DNA of 64,000 bases from Mobula hypostoma. Its lineage: Eukaryota. Each line of letters opens with the position of its first letter. Positions within the stretch are counted from its first letter, which is position 1. The notes below the pieces were generated by a model. It did not search any database and was not told the origin of the DNA. It saw only the letters and a program-made list of their open reading frames with translations. Made by a program: the position numbers and the translations under genes. The stretch covers positions 14,386,001 through 14,450,000 of the forward strand of contig NC_086118.1 of assembly GCF_963921235.1 (NCBI RefSeq), written 5' to 3'. Shown piece after piece: positions 24,993 to 37,319 of this stretch.

Positions 24993-25565
24993 TCAAAGTT
25001 CAAAGTAAAGTTATTATTTAAGTACATGTGTGTCACCATATACAACCCTGAGATTAATTTTCTTGTGGGAATTCACAGAAAATACAAGAAACACAATGGA
25101 ATCAGTGAAGGACCGCATAAACAGGACGGACAACAGCCCATATGCAAAAGACAACAAACTGTGCAATTACAAACAGAGAAAAAATCAGAACAATGATAAT
25201 AATAATAAATAAGCAGTAAATATCAAGAAAATAAGCTGCAGGGTTCTTGATAGTGAGTCTATAGGTTGTGGGAACAGTTCAGGGATGGGATGAGTGAAGT
25301 TATCCCCTCTGGTTCAAGAGCCTGATGGTTGAAAGGTAATAACTGTTCATGGACCTGGTGGTGTGAGTTGTGAGACTCCTGTACCACCTTCCTGATTGCA
25401 GCAGTGAGAAGAGGGCATGTCCTGGGTGGTGGGGGTTCCTGATGATGGATGCTGTTTTCCTGCGATAGTGCTCTGTGTTGATGTATGCACTGGTGGGGAG
25501 GGCTTCACCTGTGATGGACTGGGCAGTATCCATTACTTTTCGTAGGCTTTTCCATTCAAGGGCAT
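24993..25565 (-). mobile_element. Rex1/Babar LINE 3' end
   Basis: ORF 25300-25572 (ASIIRNPHHPGHALFSLLQSGRWYRS) and a TTTGAACTTTGAA tail. Confidence 0.82.
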
Positions 25566-25994
25566 GATCCATTCATGACCCCAACATGATGTTTATTTCT
25601 CATTTTAATTCATGAAGTATAATTTAAAACTGTCTCAATAGTTACACAGAGATTTCAGAACAATAAGTATGTTCTGCCCCTCAGATCTTCAGTTGTAAAA
25701 TGATGTGTGCCTACAACAAGCCCCGTTCATAACTCCAGCAAGAACAAGTCTTCTTGTTTCTGAATATTAGTACTCTCTACCTTTGTAATCTCTTCCAGTC
25801 CATCACTGTGAGATAACTGGGATTCTGGCCTTTGATTTATTGGTGGTTGTTCTATATTCTGACATATTAACTTCTGGAATAACTTCTCTAAACTCTTCTG
25901 TCTATCAATCTCATTTTGAACCTTTAAAATGCTCTTCAAACCTATTGATATGGCAAAGCATCTTAGCACTATGGTAGTGTAGTAGTCATCTTAG

Positions 25995-26260
25995 CGCTAT
26001 GGTAGTGTAGTGGTTAGCACAGCAACCCATGTTCGATCCCCACCACTGCCTGTAAGGATTTTGTACATTCTCCCTGTGACCACATGGGATTCCTCTGGGT
26101 GCATCGGTTTCCTCACACAGTCCAAAGATGTACCGCTTGGTAGGTTAATTGGTCATTGTAAATTCTCCCATGATTAGGCCAGGATTAAATTGGGGGATTG
26201 CTGGGTGCCGCAGCTCGTAGGGCCAGAAGGGCCTATTCTGCATTGTATTTCAATCAATAA
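25995..26260 (+). mobile_element. V-SINE (HE1-like)
   Basis: GGTAGTGTAGTGGTTAGCA A box, GTTCGATCCC B box, V-domain, and a CR1-like tail GGGCCAGAAGGGCCTATTCTG. Confidence 0.85.
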
Positions 26261-27413
26261 AAAGGTTCCTTGTGTGGTTTAGCACTAGCGTCTTTTTTAC
26301 AGTGGTTCAGCAAAAGACTTGAAAATGGTGTTATTGCATTAGAGGTACCACAGGAATGAAAACTGTGAAGTTGTTTCCAGTTTGTAAAATGGACAAGTTT
26401 GCCTTCCCAGTCCTTTAATTGGATTGCATTGTATTGCTTATTAAATGCTACACCAGTGTTAAATTTTATCCAGAGCAAGTCACATTTGCAGTCTTATCCA
26501 AACAAACTTTATCAATCAAATATGGCTTCATTTACTTGTTAAACTTTTTCCTGGCATTGGATGCACATTTCATGAACTTGCAAGTTACACACCTGATGTT
26601 TCCGTCTGTGCCGATATAAACAGGAGCTCAAAGCACCACAGATTGACAGAAAACAGAACACTGTAGAACCCAGTGGATCAGGCAGTATTTGTGGAGGCAA
26701 AAGTTGTGAGTTAGCATTTTAGTTTGTTATTTTGCATCAGGACTCAGCAATATGCGGAAAGTGTGTCTGTTATTGGTTTGCAGCTGTTAGTTGATAGGTG
26801 GAAATAGACAGGGAGGGATTGGTGGGTAGGTGGAACCTGTTGGGGGAGGATTAGGGTTAAAGTTGAGCAAAAGGAGAAGAAAACCAGATGGACAGATATG
26901 TGTCTATGGGAGGAGAGCATCAAGTTATCTGAATCATGCAAAAATTATACTGTTAGCTTGTTAGCTACCCAGGGGAAACCTTGATGTACACTTTTTGCCT
27001 CCTCAGATGCTGATAGACCAGCTGAACTTTCCATGCAATCTTCTCTTGTATTCCAAATTCTCTCTTATTCCGTCTCTTTGGCCCCCACACCATGACCGCT
27101 GTTGTACAGTTCGCTGAAAGCTGGAGAATGACAGGCTAATCTTTTTCCTACTATGTAAATGATTGCTTTCCTCACATTAGGAGACTTGACTGGGCAGCGC
27201 CAGAATAAAGTGTCACCTTGCAAAGCTCACAGAGTGTATGGTAACTGATCATGTGTTTTGTGCCATCATTGAACTGCTGGAATAATAGGTGTTTTAGTGG
27301 TGATGTCACAAGTAGCACTGGAGGCTTAATGAAAAGTGTTGTAGGGGGAGGAGAGAGGGGGTGAAATGGTAGTTGTGGGTGGTGTGACTGCTAGGGAGGA
27401 GGCAAAGACAGAT

Positions 27414-29255
27414 TGTGTTATGTTTTTTTCTTAATAAAGACAAACTTAACCTGGGTAAACGTTAGTACAACTTATTTACAGAATGGCTTTGGCTCTACAC
27501 AGAGCGCATGCAACCAATTTACCAGCATCATTTATGGTTCCAGCTGAACAGCCCACATTGCCCACTGGGAACTGAAGTACTTTATTATGCACACCTCTTC
27601 CCTCTTTAAAGAAATACAAACACAGTGCTATTGCCTCATAAACCTGCAAGACACAATAATCTTCCCCAACAAAGATATTCACATCCTGTAGACAGTCCCT
27701 CCTTCACTCATCAAATTTCAATTAGTCTCTGAGGTGGTCTAATGATCCTATTTAGTCTGCTATATGTTTCTACAGGTGTATTGCTTGTACTTGGTGTGAT
27801 GAGCTTTGTGTCTTTCTGAAAACTCTGGTTTAGAAGTTTATTAATTACATCTGTTGGCGCCTTTGGTGTACTGACATGTGACGTGTCACAGCTATGGGTT
27901 GGAACTTGTGGTTGTAGATCCACAAGGTTCCTTATCAGAGGTGCTGCTCACTCTGTCTGGATCTGGTTGTAATGTGGAGCATATCCTTACATGGACTATG
28001 TGCCAGAATCATGATCTCAGATTCACACTTGATCTACAGATTTCAGGACTGGTAGGCTTTTCACAGTCATGATACTATTTCTGTTTTTCTTTCCCTTTTA
28101 CTTTAGCCTACTTGACCTTATGTGCTCCTTTAGGTGAAAACAGGATTTCGTACATTGGAAGGTTAGTGTTTATGCATTGACCTATCAGCATTTGGGCTGG
28201 TGAAAGGCCATTCAACAGTACTGCACTTCTGTAAATCATCTGACCTTTGTGGAAGTCCTCTCATCCATCTTGTGCCTTTTTGTAACTCTCGCTTTGGTTA
28301 GCAGCTTAATAAAGGGGATGATAGCCCCCCCCCCCCACACCCTGGCCCGGCCAAGCTTAGGAAATCTCGTTTGGGTGGATGCTGCGTGATGTGTCCCCTG
28401 TTACAAATCAGTACCATGAAATAACAAACAGTACACAATATGTGATTAACCGACTGAGCTTCATAATTCTTAATTTGACTATATGGTTAGTAAAAAAACA
28501 AAAAAAGAAAAAGGGACCATTCTCATGAAACAGTCTAATGCACAAACATTGCAGCTCATTGATAAGGCCGTTTGTCCACTATCAACCTCCTCGGATCGTT
28601 GCTGACCTTCGGCCCCCGCTCCAAAATCCACTCCGTCCGAGGTCTACCAACTCTCTCCATTCGCTTCTTCTCTCCTCATCTCTCCCTGGCAAAAAAAAAC
28701 ACGAATTCCCGGCTCCTAGACACACAAGAAAGAACAACATCCTTTATCATTGGCTAGCATGCCCCATTATCTCTAGTCGTAACCCAAACATTGTTGCTAT
28801 AGAGAAATCATTACCTCAGCAGTGGAACATTACAGAGAAGCCATTACATTAGCAGTGAAATCTTACAGCGTGTTACACTCATGAGGCCCTACGGTACCTT
28901 GACTGAACTCCCTGCTAGGCCATTAGATTTTGGGTTGTGTGAGCTTGAAGTTGTATTTCAAAATCCCCAATCATTGGCAAAGGACTCAAATTCACAGCTC
29001 AAAAGTTGTGGACCATCGTCCGATACCACTTCACATGGAACCACATGCCTCGCAAACACATCTTTCAGAAAGGTGATGACCACTCAGCTGTATGTTGATT
29101 GCAATGTTGCAACCTCTGGGTAATTGGAAAAGTAGTCTGTTTACAACAATCTGACTCTTCCCAGTACATTCAGATAAATCCACTCCATCTTTGACGTATG
29201 GCCTGTCTAGACCTGGGTGTGGTGTAAACAGCTATTCTTGTGCTTTGGTCATTGG
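27414..29255 (-). mobile_element. 5'-truncated Gypsy element: integrase core, polypurine tract and about 180-bp 3' LTR
   Basis: The minus strand of 28880-29070 reads VFARHVVPCEVVSDDGPQL..PKSNGLA (integrase). The pol end is YSRLNRIIRPPQRL. PPT at 27594-27607, LTR at about 27414-27593. Confidence 0.78.
28281..28877. mobile_element. Probable solo LTR inserted in the integrase region
   Basis: TGTAAC..GTTACA termini, and the integrase peptide rejoins across it (GLM|KAQDG). No clear TSD. Confidence 0.65.
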
Positions 29256-29256
29256 G

Positions 29257-29429
29257 TGTATTTAAGGCAGAGATAGATAGGGCCTTGATTAGCCAGGGTA
29301 TCAAAGGGTATGGGGTGAAAGCAGGGGAGTGGGGATGACTGGATGAAGTGGATCAGCCCATGACTGAATGGCAGAGTAGACTTGATGGGCTGAATGGCCT
29401 ACTTCTGCTCCTAAATCTTATGGTCTTAC
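29257..29429 (+). mobile_element. CR1 LINE extreme 3' fragment
   Basis: FKAEIDR..GIKGYG..AGEW remnant and GGGCTGAATGGCCTACTTCTGCTCC 3' UTR. Confidence 0.78.
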
Positions 29430-29734
29430 CGCTGAGGGACCCCAAATCACAAGTCTCTTTGCTGCCTCACTCTTTTCCAACTTGGTAGGATGCTGCCTGT
29501 AACAGAGAAGTGTGTGAGTGGGGTGCGTTTTGTCACTGCTCCTGTGGAGCGTGATGAATTCCTGTGTGTGTTCCTGATCTCCACGCTTCTTGGCACCTTT
29601 GCTTGTGTTGTCGTCATGCTACTGCCTGTTGTCTGTTGTTTCTCAGCTCTGTGACAAATGGAGGCACTGCCAGCATGATCCATGATGAACTTCTTCGTAG
29701 AAAGACACTTTAAATAAGCGGGCTGTTAAATAAT

Positions 29735-29962
29735 AGTAATGCATGCAAAATACTGGAGAAACTCAGCAGGTCAAGCAGCATCTGGGGGGGGGGAATAAAC
29801 AGTTGACATTTCAGGCTAAGATCCTTAATCAAGTCCTGACAAAGGTTCTTGGCCTAAAATGGCATCTGTTTATTCCTCTCCATAGATGCTATCTGATCTG
29901 TTGAGTTCTTCTAGCATTTTGTGTGTGTTTAAGATAGCTGGTATCTGCAGAATCTCATGTCT
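29735..29962. mobile_element. Old inverted pair of Penelope terminal-repeat fragments
   Basis: CAAAATACTGGAGAAACTCAGCAGGTCA is mirrored by TGATCTGTTGAGTTCTTCTAGCATTTTG. Confidence 0.65.
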
Positions 29963-30183
29963 GTTACATCATAGTGTCCAAAGCAATCAAGTTATCTTTT
30001 AAAATGTCCCAAATCTAATGTCAAAGTAACTGTCATTGCCAATAATAAAATAACTAAAGTAACTAGGTCTAAAATACACACACTCAAGCTTTCCTCCTTG
30101 TGCACGAGTAAGATAACAGCATGGGCCCCTGTCACACACGCTGTTCTGAAATCTGAGCATAAAATTGCTATTTTTATACAGAA

Positions 30184-30383
30184 ACAATAGGAATTCTGCA
30201 GATGCTGGAAATTCAAGCAACACACATCAAAGTTGCCGGTGAACGCAGCAGGCCAGGCCGCATCTCTAGGAAGAAGTACAGTCGACGTTCTGGGGCGAGA
30301 CCCTTCCGAGGCCCAAAACGTCGACTGTACCTCTTCCTAGAGATGTTGCCTGGCCTGCTGCGTTCACCAGCAACTTTGATGTG
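30184..30383. mobile_element. Young inverted pair of Penelope terminal-repeat fragments with 15-bp TSD
   Basis: Near-perfect inverted arms around 30300. TATTTTTATACAGAA at 30169-30183 and 30384-30398. Confidence 0.85.
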
Positions 30384-31162
30384 TATTTTTATACAGAATT
30401 GGCTTATCAGTTACGGATATTGATTATTCTAAATATGTTTGAATTCCTTATTCGCAAGATCAATTGCGATTCACAACAGAGGGGCTAAAAGTCAATCAAA
30501 ACTTCCAGCAGGCAGCCAACCAGAGTTTTGAATGCAGACAATAGAGGCTTAGGTGTTGGGTATGTTTCACATCCCTCTGTTATCTCGTCTGTCGCCAGCA
30601 CCCCCTCTTGTGTAAAGGGACGCTATGTTTTCAGGAGACCTTTTTGGAGAAGTCTCTCAACGGAGGCCTCACTCACAGTGTCGCAGTATATCTCAACTCT
30701 AGGAAGCAGAGGTGTCTGCAGTGGTCTCACCTCAAAGGTCACTGCCCCAGGCTATCCTTCTATTACCATCACTTTCACACTAGCACATCAGTAATCAGCT
30801 CGGAACAGCCAGATGTCATATAAAATTCATTCGTCTCCTACCTTGTACGTCTATGTGTAGTGCAGACATCCCCCCCCTGCAAAAACTCATTTCAGGGAGG
30901 TAGCACCCCCGCCCCGCACAACCCCATATCCCGCCCCACCCCTGTCGACCTCCAAGGGTGTATGTAAAACTTTGTTTAGTGATCTTGTCTAATCTGTAAA
31001 CCAAGTTGGGTATAAGCAGAAAATGTGACATTAAAATATGTACTTATATTATATTATCATGTTTATTGTATTACAACTTTAAGCAAGTCTACAGGGAGTT
31101 TGGCCTCATCACGTAGGACATCGATAGTGTAGCTCCTTGGCAGCTAGCCAGCTAGTTTAAAT

Positions 31163-32327
31163 CAGGGGTCCCCAACCTTTTTTGCACCGCGCACTGGTTT
31201 AATATTGACAACGTTCTTGCGGACCGGCCATCCCGGGGTGGGGGTGGTGTTAAACACTACCGGAATGTAGGTAAGTCAACTGTAAGTCACTTGTAAGTGG
31301 TTAATACACTCAATTTCGTTTCTAAAGGGGTTTATCTAACGAATTTAATATTAACACACAGCGCATATTTTCCTTGCATGAATGTAGTGATAAGTCAGTT
31401 ATATCAGTAGTCCCAAACCTCGGGGCCGCGGAGCATACAGCGGTAGCCAGAACGCACCCAGCACATCTTTAACAAAAAAGCCGAAATAAACGAGCTAATT
31501 GATTAGGTGCCGCCCTGGCACGTAAATGTCAGCCCAGATCAGAGACGACACAATCGGCAATCGCCTCTGATCTGGGCCGACATTTACGTGCCGGGCAGCA
31601 CCTAATTAATTAGCTTGTTTATTTCGGCTTTTTTCTTAAAGATGTGCTGGGTGTGTTCCGGCCACCGCTGTATTCTTCGCGGCCCAGAGGGTGGGGACCA
31701 CTGATAAGTCACTTATAAGTCAATAGCATCATAACATTTTAAGTAATGTTTGGATATTAAACACAGCGCATATTTTCCTGGTATTAACATATAAAATCAT
31801 TGCTACACACCAATATCGCTGAATCAGTGGGAGCCCCGGGCTTGTTTTCCCGCAACAACACGGTCCTATCGAGGGTTGATGGGAGACAGCGATACTCGAA
31901 GGGGGTTCCTTATGTCCAGTCTATTCCGCAATTTAGCTTTCATTGCATTCATTGCAGAAAACTCCGCTTCGCAGAGATATGTTGGAAATGGAAGCAACGT
32001 TTTCAGTGCTTTTGTGGCTATCTCAGGATATTCAGCCTTGACTTTGGTCCAGAATGCCAGCAGAGATGTTATGTCAAATATACTTTTCAGCCCACCGTCA
32101 TTTGCAAGTTCGAGGAGTGAATCTTCTTCCGCGCTGACATGGATGATTCACTGGGGACATTCACAAATGGGTCACAGACCCATTCCTTTGCACGTCTTGG
32201 GTCACTGATAACCTTGCGTGCGTTAAAATTCAACAGTGCGTGACGGGGAATGAGGAAAGGTGCAGCTGATTCATTTCATATCGCAAAATCATATTGTTTC
32301 CTCGGTTGGTGTGGTTGGGGACCACTC
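31163..32327 (-). mobile_element. hAT-Charlie (Charlie3/MER1-like) deletion derivative
   Basis: TIRs CAGGGGTCCCCAACC / GGTTGGGGACCACT. The minus strand of about 31824-32207 reads WVCDPF..FWTKVKAEYPEIATKALKTLLPFPTYLCEAEFS..KLRNRLD..KQARGSH* (hAT dimerisation domain). Confidence 0.88.
31405..31703. mobile_element. Palindromic Charlie-type MITE nested in the Charlie element
   Basis: CAGTAGTCCCAAACCTC..GAGGGTGGGGACCACTG termini with about 140-bp inverted arms. Confidence 0.85.
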
Positions 32328-32781
32328 TTAGCACGAAGAGAGACCAATCTGGATGCTCGCTCTCCCTCTCCCTCTCAAAAAAATCTATTTCCCGGATATT
32401 GTATATAATTTCTGGGCGTCAGGGAATCACTATCGATATGCGGGAGAGGGCGGAATGTCTGGTAGTGAATATGGCATTCCAGTGAATGATTGCCTGACAA
32501 ATTCACAAGAGATTTGCAACTACATCTCTTTATCTCCTGATAAATTGGGTCCCATTTAAACAACAATAGTTTCTGAAGTTAACAAACTTCCCTTGAAATA
32601 ACTCCAGGTCCAAAAATCAGTGAAGAACTTGAACAATTTGGATGGCTGTTTTATCACTGATCATGGCCTGTAGCATTGTAGTCACTGCAGGTCAGCACAA
32701 TGTGTATAATTACATGTTAATCAAATTGCTGTGTCATTTGGTGGAAGATGCATAGAGCAACCAGTATTTGCAGCCAATAAG

Positions 32782-33082
32782 CATAGAACATGGTACAGAA
32801 CAGGGCATTCAGCCCACAATATTGTGCTGAACCAACTAAAAAGCAAACCAAAAGCTTCCAAACACTAATCCCTCCTACCTACACCATGCCCCATCTTCCC
32901 CCATCTTACTTACATCAATGTGCATATCCAACCGTCTCTTAAAAGCCTCTACTGTATTTGCCTCTACCACCATAGCAGGCAGTACATTCCAGGCATCCAT
33001 GTCTCTGAGTAAAAAACTTACCCCTCACACCCTCTTTGAACCTATCCCCTCTCACCTTCATTGCATGCCTTCTGGTATTAGA
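32782..33082 (-). mobile_element. CR1 LINE 3' fragment
   Basis: The reverse strand reads FFTQR..AWNVLP..VVEA..FKRRLD. Confidence 0.7.
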
Positions 33083-33770
33083 AGTTCACATGCATACAGC
33101 AATACCTACAAGGAGTTGGCAAGTCACAAAGTTCCATATGGTTCTGTCAGAAGCTGTATAGTTCACATTTCAAAGCCCTGTTCTCTGTATTACCCAAATG
33201 TTTCAAACTTGTTTCTGTTCTCCCCCCCCCCCCCATCATTTGAAGGGAATCATGATTTGGCACTACTTCCAATGCATTGATTCAATAGTGGACCAAAAGT
33301 AGATGAAATCTAATTGCCTGGTGTTGAACTCTTAACATCAAGAAACTAAAGTGTTAATATATATATTCTAAATGATCTCCCATCAGTTAGTGGTTATTGT
33401 TAAGTGTGAAGTGCCTTGGCAGAGGGTAGTATATTGTGTCATTCCCTGTGTTCGATCAATATGTCAACTAGTCAGCCTCATCATCTCTGATCTGTAATCT
33501 CCGTAAAATCTGCTTCAAAGGACATCAAAGGGAAATGTGAAAAATCAACTGGAAAATTCTGCTGCATTGCAGACAGAGAAGTTGTCTGATTTCTGGGAAG
33601 TTTGTATTTTATATGGATCTTAAGTACACTACTAAATACTATGTGTCATGTAGTTTTGGTCTTGACAGGATGATTATGGAGATAATGTTTCACTTGTGAG
33701 TGAGTTTAGAAATAGGGGCCTGATGTTTTAAAAAGGATTCCCCTATTTAAGATAGAGATGAGAATTATTT

Positions 33771-34444
33771 ATAACGACACCCTGTTACTGCAGTTTTTGG
33801 GTTACCAATGATGGAAGATGGTTACTTATCCTCCTCAGCCTGTCGGATGATTGCTTTTTTAACATTAATAGCTAGAAAATTTATCCTATTGAACTGGAAA
33901 GAGGTCAATCCCGCTACTACATTTCAATGGTTTTCTCAAACTATATCTTGTTTAAATTTAGAGAAAATTAGAAGTAGCACCTCCGACCCTTCGATTAAAT
34001 TTGAAGAAACTTGGAGACCATTTATTCAACATTTCCATATGATGTAGTTTGACCTTTATAAATCCTTTTTTTAACTTAAAATGCACAGATAGGGGAGTGG
34101 AATTAATGACATTAATGATTCTATCCAATGTAATATGTTAGCCTTTCCTTTATTCTATAGTTTTGTTTTTAGTTTTATTTAGTTTAGGTTAATATCTCTT
34201 AGTTTAATTAATACGTCTTTTTTTTTCTTTTCTAATGGGAGGGGGGTGTTTAGAATTTTTCTCATTTATTCCTGTACCATGTTAATTATATTTAGAGTTT
34301 GGGAAACTTTATACATCTGTATTATTACCAATGTTATATTTGCAATGCCAATTATTAATAATGTAATCCCAATCTCTGTTCATTAATATTGTTGTTATGT
34401 TTATAATTTTGAAAATTAATAAAAAAATTGGAAAAGAAAGAAAA
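33771..34444 (+). mobile_element. L1-clade LINE 3' end inserted in a CR1 fragment
   Basis: ORF 33808-34047 (IAFLTLIARKFILLNWK..W..LEKI..F..TWRPF) is typical of fish L1 ORF2 C-termini. T-rich 3' UTR, AATAAA and A-rich tail. CR1 remnants on both sides (about 33660-33770 and 34445-34660). Confidence 0.78.
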
Positions 34445-34924
34445 ATATTTTTCTCCCTGAGCTCTCTCGTCAAAGGGCAGTGGTAGAAGAGTCTTTGAAT
34501 ACCTTGAAGGCAGAGATAGGTAGCTGTTTGATGAGCAACAGGTTAAAGGTTCCTGGAGGGAGACACAAATACAGAGTTAAGATTATAAACTAATTAGCCA
34601 GGATCTGAGTAAGTGGCAGAGCAAGGACAGTGGCTTAATCCTGCTCCTAATGTGTACGTTTATATTTAACAAGGATTATATTGCTCATCAGCCTTTCACC
34701 ACCATCTGAAGTCACGATCAAGCCTTGCCCTTGAGTAAGCCTGTTCATCTTGTTGGCAATGAACATTTGTCATGTGAGTAGAGCCTGAAATAGAACTGTG
34801 ATAAGTTAGAACGATGGAAGATTGTAGTCTCTATTGGAAGCCTTGGGTAAGTTACTGAAGGAAGATTGGCAGGTGAGCTTTTGGAGCTTGGAGGGACTGG
34901 AAAGGTTGGAGATCAATTGGGAAA

Positions 34925-35190
34925 CAAATGTAATTCTACAAATGTTGGAAATCTAAAGCAAAGAACACAAGATGCTGGAGGAGCTCAGCAGGTCAGGCTG
35001 CATCCATGGAAATGAGCAAGCAGTCAACATTTCAGGCCAACACCCTTCATCAGGACTGGAAAGGAAGGGGAAGGTGTCAGGTGGGGGGAGGGGAAGGAAA
35101 GGAAAATAGCTAGAAGGTCATAGGGGAAACCGGGCAGCTGGGAAAGGTAAAGGGCTGGAGAGGAGGGAATCTTAACGGAGAGGGGAATCC
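34925..35190 (-). mobile_element. Penelope terminal-repeat fragment
   Basis: CCCTTCATCAGGACTG is the reverse complement of CAGTCCTGATGAAGGG. Confidence 0.7.
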
Positions 35191-35294
35191 CCTTCTTTTA
35201 CAGTCCTGAAGGGCTGTAGTTGCAAGGCAAAATATAGGTCCTCCAGAAGACCAGAATGGTAATCCAGGTGTGTTAGCCAAAACAGATGTGGGAG

Positions 35295-36962
35295 ATCTTA
35301 AATGCATTCTTTGCATCTGTATTTACTTGGGAGATGGACACAGTGTCTATTGAAGTGAGGCAAAGCGGTATCATCTTCATGGACCCTGTACAGATTACAG
35401 AGGAGGAGGAGGAGGCAAATCAGGGAGGATAAATTTATAAGGCCTGACAAGGTGTTCCCTCGGCCCTTATGGGAGGCAAGTGCAGAAATTACCAGGGCCC
35501 GAGCAGGGATATTTAAAACATCCTTAGCAACAAGAGAGGTACCAGAGAACTGGAGGAGAGCCAATGTTGTTTCATTCTTTAAAAAAAGGCTCTAAACAGA
35601 AACCTGGAAGTTTTAGGCCAGTGAATCTGTCATCAATTGTGGGAAAGCTGTTGGAAGGTATTCCAAGGGACCGGATATATAAGTGTTTGAATGGACATGG
35701 ACTAATTAAGGATAGTTATTATGGCTTTGTGCGTGGTAGGTCACATATAACCAATCTTAATGGAGATTTTCGTGGAAGTTACCAGGAAAATGGATGAAGG
35801 CAAGGCAGTTGATGGTATCTACATGGACTTGAGTAAAACATTTGACAAGGTTCCGTATGGGAAGCTCGTCAAGAAGGTTCAGTCGCTTGACATTCAGGAT
35901 GAGTTGTAAAATGGATTATATATTGGCTTTGTGGGAGAGCCAGAGAACGGCAGTAGATGGTTGCCTCTCTGACTGGAGGCTTCTGACTAGTGGTGTGCCA
36001 CAGGGATGGGTGATGGGTCCTTTGTTGTTGGTCATCTGTATCAATGATCTGGATGATAATGTGGTTAATTGGATCAGCAAATTTGTGGATGACACTAAGA
36101 CTGAGGGTGTAATGGACAGTAAGGAAGGCAGTCATGGTTTGCAGAGGAACCTGCATCAGCTGGAAAAAATGGGCTGGAAAACAGCAGATGGAATTTAATG
36201 CAGACAAGTGCTAATTGCACATTGGTAGGACCAACCGGGATAGGTCTTACACAGGGAACGGTAGGGCACTGAACAGGTTGGTAGAACAGAGGGATCTGGG
36301 AATACAGGCACATAATCCTTTGAAAGTGGCGTCACAGGTAGATAGAGTCATAAAGAAAGCTTTTAGCATATTGGCCTTCATAAATCAATGTATTGAGTAC
36401 AGGAGATGGGATGTTATGTTAAAGATATTGGTGAGGCCTTACTTGGAGTATCGTGTGCAGTTTTGGTCACCTTCTTGAAGAATAGATGTAAACAAGGTTG
36501 AAAGAGTGCAGAGAAAATTACAAGGATGTTGCTGGGTCTGGAGGACCAGAATTATAAGGAAAGATTGAATAGTTTAGCACTGTATTCTTCAGAGTTTAGA
36601 TCATTGAGAGGAGATTTGATAGAGGTATACAAAATTATGAGGAGTATAGAAAGGGTAAATACAAGCAGGCTTTTTCCACAGAAAGGTGAAAGGTGAGAAA
36701 TTTAAGGAGAACATGAGGAGAAACTTCTTCACTCAGAGGGTTGTGAGAATGTGGAATGAGCTGCCAGCACAAGTTGGTGCATGCAAGCTCAATTTCAACA
36801 TTTAAGAGAAGTTTGGATATTACATGGATAGTAGGGCTATGGAGGGCTATGGAGGGCTATGGTTCTGATGCAGATCAATGTGAGTGGGCAGATTAAATGG
36901 TTTTGACATGGACTAGATGGGCTGAGGGGCCTGTATCTCTGCTGTACTTCTCTATGACTCTA
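35295..36962 (+). mobile_element. CR1 LINE, 5'-truncated, frameshifted RT
   Basis: PGSFRPVNLSSIVGKLLE, TSGVPQG..KFVDDTK, LVRPYLEY, and a CTCTATGACTCTA tail. Confidence 0.9.
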
Positions 36963-37319
36963 GTTTTCAGAACTTGAGCTGATCAGGCAGTGACAAGAAT
37001 GGTTTCAGTCAAAACATAATCAGTAAGTATGGAGATTACTATAGTCTGGCAATGCACTACAAATACCACATTGTCCTTTAGATATCCAAAGCTGAATGAA
37101 TGAACAGCTCGGCCTGACACACTTGTGTGAGTACCAGCACAACTGGATGTGTATCTGATGTGATTGTGAGCACGCGTTGCAGCAGGAAGTTCTCCTTCAG
37201 ATTTCCTTGGTGAGTAAGCAATCTGGAAATGGTCATTATTGTGTTTAACACTGTGATAAGGTCCACTCTAAACTGCAGATCCTTACCAATTATTAACGTG
37301 ACAGGAAAGGCATAATTCA

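Larger units (their letters stand above)
30863..32461. mobile_element. Non-autonomous DNA transposon with 6-bp TSD (hAT6-like), outer layer of a nest
   Basis: CAGACATCC..GGAATGTCTG termini, with GTAGTG at 30857-30862 and 32462-32467. Confidence 0.72.

Noticed and set aside
25995..26050. tRNA gene
   Set aside because: The A and B boxes belong to a SINE head, with no full cloverleaf. The same applies at 875 and 20380.
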